Assembly (NCBI GenBank): GCA_002269645.1
Contig: NIVC01002999.1
Coordinates: forward strand, 62,608 to 126,607
Source: Macrostomum lignano
Lineage: Eukaryota
Length of the DNA: 64,000 nt
Reading direction: 5' to 3'
The notes below the pieces were generated by a model. It did not search any database. It worked only from the letters and a program-made list of their open reading frames with translations, and was not told where the DNA came from. Positions 22,801 to 34,990 of this stretch are shown piece after piece (the first letter of the stretch is position 1; every line of letters starts with the position of its first letter). A program made the translations under genes and the position numbers.

Positions 22801-25800
22801 AAATATTCTCCCAATCCGAACGTTGCTGATCGAGACGGCTATACGGCTTTGATGTACGCCGTGAAGTGCAGGAACTCCAGCTTGGTGAGGACTCTGCTGG
22901 AGTTGAAACCCGACCTGGAGATTGCTATCAACTTCTACGACGCGAGACGTGAGTGTTGCGTGCTGAGAATTCGGTTAAATATTATTAAGAATAAAATGAG
23001 TTCTAGCTAAAATACATGATATGCAGATAGGAGTCCATGGAGTACAGATAAGAGTCCATGGAATACTGATAAAGAATCCATAGAATACTGATAAGAATCC
23101 ATGAGTACAGATAAGAGTCTATAGAATACTGATAAGAATCCATTGAGTACTGATAATAATCCATGGAATACTGATAAGAATCCATGGAATACTGATAAAG
23201 AATCCATGGAATACTGATAATAATCCAGTACTTATCCAGTAACTTGATAAGAATCCATAGAATACTGATAAGAATCCATGGAATACTGATAAGAATCCAT
23301 GGAATACTGATAAGAATCCATGGAATACTGATAAGAATTCATGGAACACTGATAAGAATCCATGGAATACTGATAAGAATCCATGGAATACTGATAAGAA
23401 TCCATAGAATACTGATAAGAATCCATGGAATACTCATAAGAATCCATGGAATACTGATAATAATCCATAGAATACTGATAAGAATCCATAGAATACTGAT
23501 AAGAATCCATGGAATACTGATAATAATCCATAGAATACTGATAAGAATCCATGGAATACAGATAAGAATCCATAGAATACTGATAAGAATCCATAGAATA
23601 CTGATAAGAATCCATGGAATACTCATAAGAATCCATGGAATACTGATAATAATCCATAGAATACTGATAAGAATCCATAGAATACTGATAAGAATCCATG
23701 GAATACTGATAATAATCCATAGAATACTGATAAGAATCCATGGAATACAGATAAGAATCCATAGAATACTGATAAGAATCCATGGAATACTGATAAGAAT
23801 CAATGGAATACTGATAAGAATCCACAGAATACTGATAAGAATCCATGGAATGCTGATAAGAATCCATGGAATACTGATAAGAATCCATGAGTACAGATAA
23901 GAATCCATGGAATACTGATAATAATCCATAGAATACTGATAAGAATCCATAGAATACTGATAAGAATCCATGGAATACTGATAAGAATCCATAGAATACT
24001 GATAAGAATCCATGAGTACAGATAAGAATCCATAGAATACTGATAATAATCCATAGAATACTGATAAGAATCCATAGAATACTGATAAGAATCCATGGAA
24101 TACTGATAAGAATCCATAGAATACTGATAATAATCCATGAGTACAGATAAGAATCCATGGAATACTGATAATAATCCATAGAATACTGATAAGAATCCAT
24201 AGAATACTGATAAGAATCCATAGAATACTGATAAGAATCCATAGAATACTGATAATAATCCATAGAATACTGATAATAATCCATAGAATACTGATAAGAA
24301 TCCATAGAATACTGATAAGAATCCATGGAATACTGATAATAATCCATAGAATACTGATAAGAATCCATGGAATACTGATAAGAATCCATAGAATACTGAT
24401 AAGAATCCATAGAATACTGATAAGAATCCATAGAATACTGATAAGAATCCATGGAATACTGATAAGAATCCATAGAATACTGATAAGAATCCATGGAATA
24501 CTGATAAGAATCCATAGAATACTGATAAGAATCCATAGAATACTGATAAGAATCCATAGAATACTGATAAGAATCCATGGAATACTGATAAGAATCCATA
24601 GAATACTGATAAGAATCCATGGAATACTGATAAGAATCAATGGAATACTGATAAGAATCCATGGAATACTGATAATAATCCATAGAATACTGATAAGAAT
24701 CCATGGAATACTGATAAGAATCCATGGAATACTGATAAGAATCAATGGAATACTGATAAGAATCCATAGAATACTGATAAGAATCCATAGAATACTGATA
24801 AGAATCCATGGAATACTGATAAGAATCCATAGAATACTGATAAGAATCCATAGAATACTGATAAGAATCCATAGAATACTGATAATAATCCATAGAATAC
24901 TGATAAGAATCCATGGAATACTGATAAGAATCCATGGAATACTGATAAGAATCCATGGAATACTGATAAGAATCCATAGAATACTGATAAGAATCCATGG
25001 AATACTGATAAGATTCAATGGAATACTGATAAGAATCCATGGAATACTGAAAAGCGTCCATGGAATACTGATAAGAATCCATAGAATACTGATAAGAATT
25101 CATGGAATACTGATAATAATCCATAGAATACTGATAAGAATCCATGGAATACTGATAAGAATCCATGGAATACTGATAAGAATCCATGGAATACTGATAA
25201 GAATCCATGGAATACTGATAAGAATCCATGGAATACTGATAAGAATCCATGGAATACTGATAAGAATCCATAGAATACTGATAAGAATCCAGTACTTATC
25301 CAGTAACTTGATAAGAATCCATAGAATACTGATAAGAATTCATGGAATACTGATAAGAATCCATAGAATACTGATAAGAATTCATGGAATACTGATAAGA
25401 ATCCATAGAATACTGATAAGAATTCATGGAATACTGATAAGAATCCATAGAATACTGATAAGAATTCATGGAATACTGATAAGAATCCGTGGAATACTGA
25501 TAAGAATCCATGGAATACTGATAAGAATCCATGGAATACTGATAAGAATTCATGGAACACTGATAAGAATCCATGGAATACTGATAAGAATCCATGGAAT
25601 ACTGATAAGAATCCATAGAATACTGATAAGAATCCATAGAATACTGATAAGAATCCATGGAATACTGATAAGAATCCATAGAATACTGATAAGAATTCAT
25701 GGAACACTGATAAGAATCCATGGAATACTGATAAGAATCCATGGAATACTGATAAGAATCCATAGAATACTGATAAGAATCCATAGAATACTGATAAGAA

Positions 25801-28800
25801 TCCATGGAATACTGATAAGAATCCGTGGAATACTGATAAGAATCCATGGAATACTGATAAGAATCCATAGAATACTGATAAGAATTCATGGAACACTGAT
25901 AAGAATCCATGGAATACTGATAAGAATCCATGGAATACTGATAAGAATCCATAGAATACTGATAAGAATCCATAGAATACTGATAAGAATCCATGGAATA
26001 CTGATAAGAATCCAGTACTTATCCAGTACTTGATAAGAATCCATAGAATACTGATAAGAATCCATGGAATACTGATAAGAATCCATGGAATACTGATAAA
26101 GAATCCATAGAATACTGATAAGAATCCAGTACTTATCCAGTACTTGATAAGAATCCATGGAATACTGATAAGAATCCATAGAATACTGATAAGAATCCAT
26201 AGAATACTGATAAGAATCCATGGAATACTGATAAGAATCCATAGAATTCTGATAAGAATCCATAGAATACTGATAAGAATCCATGGAATACTGATAAGAA
26301 TCCATAGAATACTGATAAGAATCCATAGAATACTGATAAGAATCCATAGAATACTGATAAGAATTCATGGAATACTGATAAGAATCCATAGAATACTGAT
26401 AAGAATCCATAGAATACTGATAAGAATCCATAGAATACTGATAAGAATTCATGGAATACTGATAAGAATTCATGGAATACTGATAAGAATCCATGGAATA
26501 CATGGAATACTGATAAGAATTCATGGAATACAGATAAGAATTCATGGAATACAGATAATGGGAAAATTCTGCAACAAGCAGCCGCTCTGTTCTCACCGAT
26601 CGTGCGCCATTCCATATGCAGGCAACAAGTACGCCAACTGCACTCCGCTGCAAATGGCCATCGGCAAGGGCCAGATGGAGATTGTCAAAATGCTATTGGA
26701 TGCCGGTGCTAATTTGTTCGCTAATATGGACAGCATGGGTGAGTTTCGGTAAATTATTAATCCATAAGAAGATTCCTACTTCTTATTTGGTGTCTTGTCA
26801 CTCCCAATTTCTGAATAGTGAACTGTTGCGTGTCTTGCCACTACCTGACTATATTGTCACTCTTTATCTGACTGTCTTGTCACTCTTTATCTGACTGTCT
26901 TGTCACTCTTTATCTGACTATATTGTCACTCTTTATCTGACTATATTGTCACACTTTATCTGACTGTCTTGTCACTCTTTATCTGACTGTCTTGTCACTC
27001 TTTATCTGACTGTCTTGTCACTCTTTATCTGACTATATTGTCACTCTTTATCTGACTGTCTTGTCACTCTTTATCTGACTGTCTTGTCACTCTTTATCTG
27101 ACTATATTGTCACTCTTTATCTGACTGTCTTGTCACTCTTTATCTGACTATATTGTCACTTTATCTGACTGTCTTGTCACTCTTTATCTGACTGTCTTGT
27201 CACTCTTTATCTGACTGTCTTGTCACTCTTTATCTGACTATATTGTCACTCTTTATCTGACTGTCTTGTCACTCTTTATCTGACTGTCTTGTCACTCTTT
27301 ATCTGACTATATTGTCACTCTTTATCTGACTGTCTTGTCACTCTTTATCTGACTATATTGTCACTTTATCTGACTGTCTTGTCACTCTTTATCTGACTGT
27401 CTTGTCACTCTTTATCAGACTGTCTTGTCACTCTTTATAGGCCCCGACCAGACCGAGTTCAGCGTCTCCTGCCTGCACACGGCCGTGGTGATGGACCACG
27501 CGGGCATCGGGCAGCTGCTGCTTGACCGCGGCGTCGATGTCAACGTGTGCACGTCGTCGGGCTTGACTCCGTTGCACTACGCAGCCAGCTGGGGTCACGA
27601 CGCTTTCGCCAAGCTGCTGCTGAGCCGGGGCGCCACCGTGGACGCTGTCGGCGAACAGTTTATGGCTACGCCTTTGATCTATGCCGCCAGGCGGGACAAG
27701 CACACCACTATGCGGCTGCTGCTGGAGCACGGAGCAAATCCTAATCATCAGGATAAGCAGGTGAGATAATTGCACCTTGTGTGAGCGCTTGTGTATCAGT
27801 GCGTGCATATATAAGGTGGATATGGGGTAGTTTCACAGGTAGATATCAGGTAGTTTCACAGGTAGATATCAGATAGTTTCACGGGTAGATATCAGGTAGT
27901 TTCACGGGTAGATATCGGGTAGTTTCACAGGTAGATATCAGGTAGTTTCACGGGTAGATATCTGGTAGTTTCACAGGTAGATATCAGGTAGTTTCACGGG
28001 TAGATATCGGGTAGTTTCACAGGTAGATATCAGGTAGTTTCACAGGTAGATATCAGGTAGTTTAACGGGTAGATATCAGGTAGTTAGGCAGGTAGATATC
28101 GGGTAGTTAGGCAGGCAGATGTAGGGTAGTTTTGCAGGTAGTTTCACGGATTCAGTAGTCAGCTAGTTTTACAGATAGATGCACCATAAAAAAACTATCA
28201 ATGCAGGGTTACACAGCGCTTCACTGGTGTCTGACATTCAACCACGTGGACTCGTTAGACGTTTTGTTAAACTGCGGTCGCAAATTGGACGTCAATTTGA
28301 TTAGTCAGAAAGTGGATCACAGACGCGGTGTCACTGCTCTGGTTCTGGGTCTGGAGTACTGCTCAGCTAAAGTGGTCGAACGCCTGTTGGAGATGGGCTC
28401 AGACCCCAATGTGATCTTCGACGCCAATGAGATGACTTTGACGCCGATTTTCCTCTGCGCCGAGTTTGGATGCGTCGACAAATTGCAGCTGTTGATCAAG
28501 TATGGCGCCGACTTGAATAGGTGAGTTTGACCTTGCATACGTGGCTTGGAGTGACGGAATGATAAGCTAGTTCTCCCGGAGATAAAATAAATGGTGAGAA
28601 TGACAAGATGAGTGATTCTGGAGTGAAAGGATAAGTGATGCTGGAGTGACAATATGAGTGATTCTGGAGTGAAAGGATAAGTGATGCTGGAGTGACAATA
28701 TGAGTGATGCCGGAGTGAAAGGATAAGTGATGCTGGAGTGACAATATGAGTGATTCTGGAGTGAAAGGATAAGTGATGCTGGAGTGACAATATGAGTGAT

Positions 28801-31800
28801 GCCGGAGTGACAGGATGAGTGATGCCGGAGTGACAATATGAGTGATGCTGGAGTGAAAGGATGAGTGATGCCGGAGTGACAGGATGAGTGATGCCGGAGT
28901 GACAATATGAGTGATGCTGGAGTGAAAGGATGAGTGATGCCGGAGTGACAATATGAGTGATGCCGGAGTGGCAGAATGAGTGATGCCGGAGTGACAATGA
29001 GTGATGCTGGAGTGACAGGATGAGTGATGCCGGAGTGACAATATGAGTGATTCTGGAGTGAAAGGATAAGTGATGCTGGAGTGACAATATGAGTGATTCT
29101 GGAGTGAAAGGATAAGTGATGCTGGAGTGACAATATGAGTGATGCCGGAGTGACAGGATGAGTGATGCCAGAGTGACAATGTGAGTGATGCTGGAGTGAA
29201 AGGATGAGTGATGCCGGAGTGACAATATGAGTGATGCCGGAGTGGCAGGATGAGTGATGCTGGAGTGACAGGATGAGTGATGCTGGAGTGACAGGATGAG
29301 TGATGCTGGAGTGACAGGATGAGTGATGCTGGAGTGACAGGATGAGTGATGCCGGAGTGACAATATGAGTGATGCCGGAGTGACAGGATGAGTGATGCCG
29401 GAGTGACAATATGAGTGATGCTGGAGTGACAGGATGAGTGATTCTGGAGTGAAAGGATGAGTGATGCCGGAGTGACAATATGAGTGATGCCGGAGTGACA
29501 ATATGAGTGATGCCGGAGTGACAATATGAGTGATGCCGGAGTGACAATATGAGTGATGCCGGAGTGACAATATGAGTGATGCTGGAGTGACAGGATGAGT
29601 GATTCTGGAGTGAAAGGATGAGTGATGCCAGAGTAACAGAATGAGTGATGCCGGAGTGACAATATGAGTGATGCCAGATTGACAGGATGAGTGATGCCGG
29701 AGTGACAATATGAGTGATGCCGGAGTGACAGGATGAGTGATGCCGGAGTGACAATATGAGTGATGCCGGAGTGACAGGATGAGTGATGCCGGAGTGACAA
29801 TATGAGTGATGCCGGAGTGACAGGATGAGTGATGCCGGAGTGACAATATGAGTGATGCTGGAGTGACAGGATGAGTGATTCTGGAGTGAAAGGATGAGTG
29901 ATGCCGGAGTGACAGGATCACAGGAGTGACAGGATGAGTGATGCCGGAGTGACAGGATGAGTGATGCCGGAGTGACAATATGAGTGATGCCGGAGTGACA
30001 ATATGAGTGATGCCGGAGTGACCGGATGAGTGATGCCGGAGTGACAATATGAGTGATGCCGGAGTGACAATATGAGTGATGCCGGAGTGACTAAATGAGT
30101 GATGCTCGAGTGACAAGATGAGTGATGCCGGAATGACTAAATGAGTGATGCTGGAGTGACAAGATGAGTGATGCCAAATTCACGGGATGAATAAAAGAGT
30201 GACAAGGTGAGGCAGTGAGTGAAAGGGAGACAGGATGAGTGACGAGAATGATCAGACGAGTGACAATGTCAGAGTGACAAACAACCACCCCCTCCTCGCA
30301 GAACGTCATCCCGCAAAGAGACGCCGTTACATTTCGCTTTGCGCTTCAAAAAAGTAGCGGCCGCCGAGCGTCTGATTCGAGCAGGTGCCGACCTGGAGAC
30401 CCGGGCCAGCATCGGCAACGGCGAGCACCAGCAGGGTGTACACGTGGCCGCGCAGCTGGGCTTGAACAGCTGCATCCGCCTGCTGGCAGAGTACGGCGCC
30501 AATGTCAATTCGACTATGACTTTGAAATGCGTCGAACGAGTGACGCCGTTGCATCTGGCGGCTTTGAACGACCTGTCGGAGACTGTCAAGATTCTTGTCA
30601 TGCATGGTGCCGACGTTAATTGCCAGCGTAGTGACACCTTCACGCCTTTGTTAACTGCCGTGACCAAGTCTAACGTGTGCGCCGTCAAGTGTCTCGTTCG
30701 GGCTGGGGCCGACATTCACACTCGCTGCATTGTGTCCAGAAGCAAGGATGCCACCTGCCTGCACATCGCTGCCCAGGTAAGCTCACTGGCAGGTGGGGGG
30801 AGACAGGTTGACAGGTGAGAGTAGATATCAAGTAGATTGGCAGGTAGATATCGAGTATTTTGGCAGGTAGATATCGGGTAGTTTTGCAGGTAGATATCGG
30901 TTAGTTTAGCAGGTAGATATCAGGTAGATATCAAGTAGTTTTGCAGGTAGATATCGGTTAGTTTTGCAGGTAGATATCGGGTAGTTTTGCAGGTAGATAT
31001 CGGGTAGTTTTGCAGGTAGATATCAAGTAGTTTTGCAGGTAGATATCAAGTAGTTTTGCAGGTAGATATCGGGTAGTTTTGCAGGTAGATATCGGTTAGT
31101 TTTGCAGGTAGATATCGGGTAGTTTTGCAGGTAGATATCAAGTAGTTTTGCAGGTAGATATCAAGTAGTTTTGCAGGTAGATATCGGGTAGTTTCGTTTG
31201 CGTGCCTCAAGATTGGCAAAAAAACAATTGGCTTTCATTGCAGGTCGGGAGCCTGGAAATCGTTGACCTGCTGCTAGAGCGGGGCGCCAACCCACTGGCC
31301 CGGATGGTCACCGGGGACCGAGCCGGCATCCTTCCAGTCCACCTGGCCTCGGAGACCGGCCATCTGGACGTTATTAAGCGCTTCCTCGACATCGGCGTAG
31401 ACGTGAACGCGCAGGAGGACTGCGGCCTGACCTGCCTGCACTACGCGGCCAACGGTGGCAAGGCGGACATCATTAAACTGCTGCTTGAGAGGGGCGCCAG
31501 GGTGGATCTGAAGGCCGCCTATGATGACGGTGAGGCTTTTTTTGTTTGGTTTTGGTAAAACTGGTTTGTAGTATAATTATTACGGTATGGAGAGGATTAG
31601 GGTATGGAAGGGACTGAAGAGAGCGGTAGTATGATGGGGGAGAGCTGAAGTGTGATAGGGGAGAGCTGAAGTGTGATAGGGGAGAGCTGAAGTGTGATAG
31701 GGGAGAGCTGAAGTGTGATAGGCGAGAGTGGAAGTATGATGGGAGAGAGCGGAAGTATGATAGGGGAAAGCGAAAGTATGATGGGGGAGAGTGGAAGCGT

Positions 31801-34018
31801 GATTGATGAAGTCGTAAGCATGATATGGGAAAATCGGATTCATGATAGGGGAAAGCGAAAGTATGATGGGGGAGAGCGGAAGCGTGATTGATGAAGTCGT
31901 AAGCATGATATGGGAAAATCGGAATCATGATAGGGGAAAGCGAAAGTATGATGGGGGAGAGCGGAAGCGTGATTGATGAAGTCGTAAGCATGATATGGAA
32001 AAATCGGAATCATGATAGGGGAAAGCGAAAGCATGATGGGGAAGGGCGGAAGCATGATTGGGGAGAGCGGAAGCATGATTGGGGAGAGCGGAAGCATGAT
32101 GGGGGAGAGCGGAAGCATAGTAATCTGAATCTGATATGGAACAGAAAATGGCAGAGAGAAACAAAGACCTGCAACAAAGACACAAGGAGTGAATTATCTC
32201 ACCCGCTGTCTCACTCGCAGGCAATCGAGTCGACGTTCTGCCGCTGCACATGGCCTGCGAGAAGGGCAACGCCGAGTGCGCCCGCCTGCTGGTGGAGGCC
32301 GGCAGCCCTCTGGACGCCACCCTGTTCCGCAACAGACGCGGCAACATCACCCCACTGTACCTGGCCGTGGCGGAGAACAATCCCGAAGTTGTATCCGTTC
32401 TGCTAGCTGCCGGCTCCGATGTCAACATTCAAGACGGCATCGGCGCCGCGCCGCTGCACATCTCCTGCCAGCGCGGCTATCACGACATCTTCTGCCAGCT
32501 GTTGTGCCATCCTAGCGTCAACGTGAACATCGCCACATTCAACGGCGTCACCCCTATCCATATCGTGTCGGAGAAGGGCCACTTCGACATGGCCATGTGG
32601 CTGATCGCTCGCGGAGTGAATGTTAATCCGTTGTGCCGGATTAAGGACGTGCACTCGGGCCAGATGTCTGAGGACATCATACCGTTGAATCAGGCGTGCG
32701 GTTTCGGCCATCTGCAGATTGTTAAACTGCTGTTGCAGGTTTGTGTTCAAGTCTTTGTTCTTTGTTGTTGACCCTTATCATTAGTCTCTGTATTGTTTTG
32801 TTAGTTTAGTCTCTGTCAGGCTTTGTTCTGCAAGATTATTCTTTGTTGGTCTTCTTTTTTTCTAAAAGATTAGTCTCTATCAGTCTTTGTTCTATATGAT
32901 TGGTCTCTGTCAGTCTTTGTTCTGTAGTATTAGTCTCTATTAGTCTTTGTTCTGCGATATTAGTCCCTGTTAGTTTTTTTCTGTAATATTAGTCTTTGTC
33001 CCGAATCACCATCACCACCCCTCCCCAAACTCGAACGCGCAGAACGGCGCCGATGTGCACCACGGTGAGAATTTCGAAGGCCGCCGTGGCATCGCCAGCA
33101 TTCATTGCGCCGCAATTCGCGGCCGGCATCACGTTATACCATTGCTGCGCAAGTTTGGCGCCAATTTGAATGCCACAGACGAGCAGGGCTGGAGCCCGCT
33201 GCACTGGGCTGTTCACGAGCGATTTTACGATACTGTGCTGCTGCTGCTGCAGAATGGCGCCGACCCCAGGCTGCTCAACCAGGTGAGTCTCAAGCCACAC
33301 GACCGCCTTGGTTCGATTCCCACATGTGTGAGCCGCTGTGCACCCTGTGTGAGCCGCTGTGCACCCTGTGTGAGCCGCTGTGCACCCTGTGTGAGCCGCT
33401 GTACACCATGTGTGAGCCGCTGTGCACCCTGTGTGAGCCGCTGTACACCCTGTGTGAGCCGCTGTACACCCTGTGTGAGCCGCTGTGCACCCTGTGTGAG
33501 CCGCTTTGCACCCTGTGTGAGCCGCTGTACACCCTGTGTGAGCCGCTGTACACCCTGTGTGAGCCGCTGTGCACCCTGTGTGAGCCACTTTACACCCTGT
33601 GTGAGCCGCTGTACACCCTGTGTGAGCCGCTGTGCACCCTGTGTGAGCCGCTGTGCACCCTGTGTGAGCCGCTGTGCACCCTGTGTGAGCCGCTGTGCAC
33701 CCTGTGTGAGCCGCTGTGCACCCTGTGTGAGCCGCTGTACACCCTGTGTGAGCCGCTGTGCACCCTGTGTGAGCCGCTGTGCACCCTGTGTGAGCCGCTG
33801 TGCACCCTGTGTGAGCCGCTGTGCACCCTGTGTGAGCCGCTGTGCACCCTGTGTGAGCCGCTGTGCACCCTGTAGTTGCCTCTAGCAATGATTTCTGTGT
33901 CATCACACAGGCTGGCCAACGGCCCATCCAGATGGCCACAACCAACGACATCACCTCCGTTCTGGAGCGGTTCGAAGCGCAACTGCTGAGCGATGGTGAA
34001 CCAATGTCAACAGAATGA
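19837..34018 (+). CDS. Multi-ankyrin-repeat protein, 10 coding exons, about 1260 aa (start codon uncertain)
   Basis: Exons 19837-20574, 22282-22948, 26622-26738, 27441-27760, 28207-28520, 30302-30776, 31244-31529, 32221-32738, 33043-33282, 33911-34018. All introns GT-AG, phases 0,1,1,0,2,0,1,0,0 consistent, total 3783 nt, TGA at 34016. Repeated G.TPLH.AA..G...IV.LLL..GA.VN motifs; no non-ankyrin domain recognised. Confidence 0.88.
20761..22240. repeat. 21 bp minisatellite, ankyrin intron 1 (GATTGGAATCTATAGACTTCT)
   Basis: Direct inspection. Confidence 0.95.
23030..26560. repeat. 21 bp minisatellite, ankyrin intron 2 (GATAAGAATCCAT(A/G)GAATACT)
   Basis: Direct inspection; about 3.5 kb. Confidence 0.95.
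26840..27440. repeat. 23 bp minisatellite, ankyrin intron 3 (TTGTCACTCTTTATCTGACTGTC / ..CTATA)
   Basis: Direct inspection; runs into the acceptor AG. Confidence 0.95.
27820..28150. repeat. 23 bp minisatellite, ankyrin intron 4 (AGATATCAGGTAGTTTCACAGGT)
   Basis: Direct inspection; same family as intron 6. Confidence 0.9.
28590..30180. repeat. 23 bp minisatellite, ankyrin intron 5 (GAGTGATGCCGGAGTGACAATAT)
   Basis: Direct inspection. Confidence 0.95.
30820..31195. repeat. 23 bp minisatellite, ankyrin intron 6 (CAGGTAGATATCGGGTAGTTTTG)
   Basis: Direct inspection; about 15 units. Confidence 0.93.
31600..32120. repeat. Purine-rich compound repeat, ankyrin intron 7 (21 bp GGGAGAGCGGAAGCATGATTG-like units plus longer higher-order units)
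   Basis: Direct inspection. Confidence 0.85.
33325..33872. repeat. 21 bp minisatellite, ankyrin intron 9 (TGTGTGAGCCGCTGTGCACCC)
   Basis: Direct inspection. Confidence 0.95.
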
Positions 34019-34479
34019 GCCTCTCTGTTGTGTTTGTTTTTATCTAACCAACTCACTACTGAATCTAACTGAAATCAGTAGTATACATACATATATTTCT
34101 AGATGTATATTTATCATCATTTTAAAGCACTACCTATTAGTGATTAAAATAACCGTGATAATCAGACTGGCTAATTAAATATGCATTCAGTAATTGCACT
34201 AACGGCTTATTAATATTGTTATCTTTATTTAATACCGTACTAATAATGTCTGTGTACAATTATCATATCATGCAAATTTATTTACCTGTGTTATCTAACT
34301 GACTTTTTACTTCTTGATGCGTACTTTTTCAGAAGAAATAATGGATTCTTAAGCTTATTGAGCTTTGATTTATAGTTTGATTAATTATTAATAATTGTTG
34401 TGCCATTGTATTTCAATTTTAATGCCTGCTTATCTGCTTTGGTAAAAACCTCACCTCGATTTAAGTCACATCAGATGAT

Positions 34480-34990
34480 AATGAGGGTGAGAGTCAAATG
34501 TGAGATTAGATGATAATTGGGGTGAGAGTCAAATGTGAGATTAGATGACAATTGGGGTGAGAGTCAAATGTGAGATTAGATGATAATTGGGGTGAGGGTC
34601 AAATGTGAGATTAGATGATAATTGGGGTGAGAGTCAAATGTGAGATTAGATGATAATTGGGGTGAGAGTCAAATGTGAGATTAGATGATAATTGGGGTGA
34701 GGGTCAAATGTGAGATTAGATGATAATTGGGGTGAGAGTCAAATGTGAGATTAGATGATAATTGGGGTGAGGGTCATAGGTGAGATTAAATGACAATGAA
34801 GGTGAGGAAGGTGAGGGTCATAGGGGAGATTAGATTATGAGGGTGAGAGTCAGATGGAATTATGACAAATGGGGTAAGTCATAGTTAAGATTATGTCAGT
34901 GGGGTGAGAGTCATAGTTAAGATTATGTCAGTGGGGTGAGTCATAGTTAAGATTATGTCAGTGGGGTGAGAGTCATAGATTATGCTAATG
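34480..34990. repeat. 35 bp tandem repeat (GGGGTGAGAGTCAAATGTGAGATTAGATGATAATT) decaying into shorter units
   Basis: Direct inspection. Confidence 0.9.

Noticed and set aside
20730-26653. Long ORFs (341-679 aa) such as DSNQKSI, IGIYRLL, MDSYQYS and ILIRIHG repeats
   Set aside because: They are readings of stop-free 21 bp intronic satellites in several frames and both strands, inside introns of the ankyrin gene
28317-30116. 400-600 aa His/Ser-rich ORFs in all three minus frames
   Set aside because: Translation of the 23 bp intron 5 satellite; open in all frames, no coding signature
33055-33885. Cys-rich CAPCVSR / CEPLCTL ORFs resembling metallothionein or keratin-associated proteins
   Set aside because: A GTGAGT donor at 33283 and an acceptor at 33910 place the repeat in intron 9; the spliced frame closes properly
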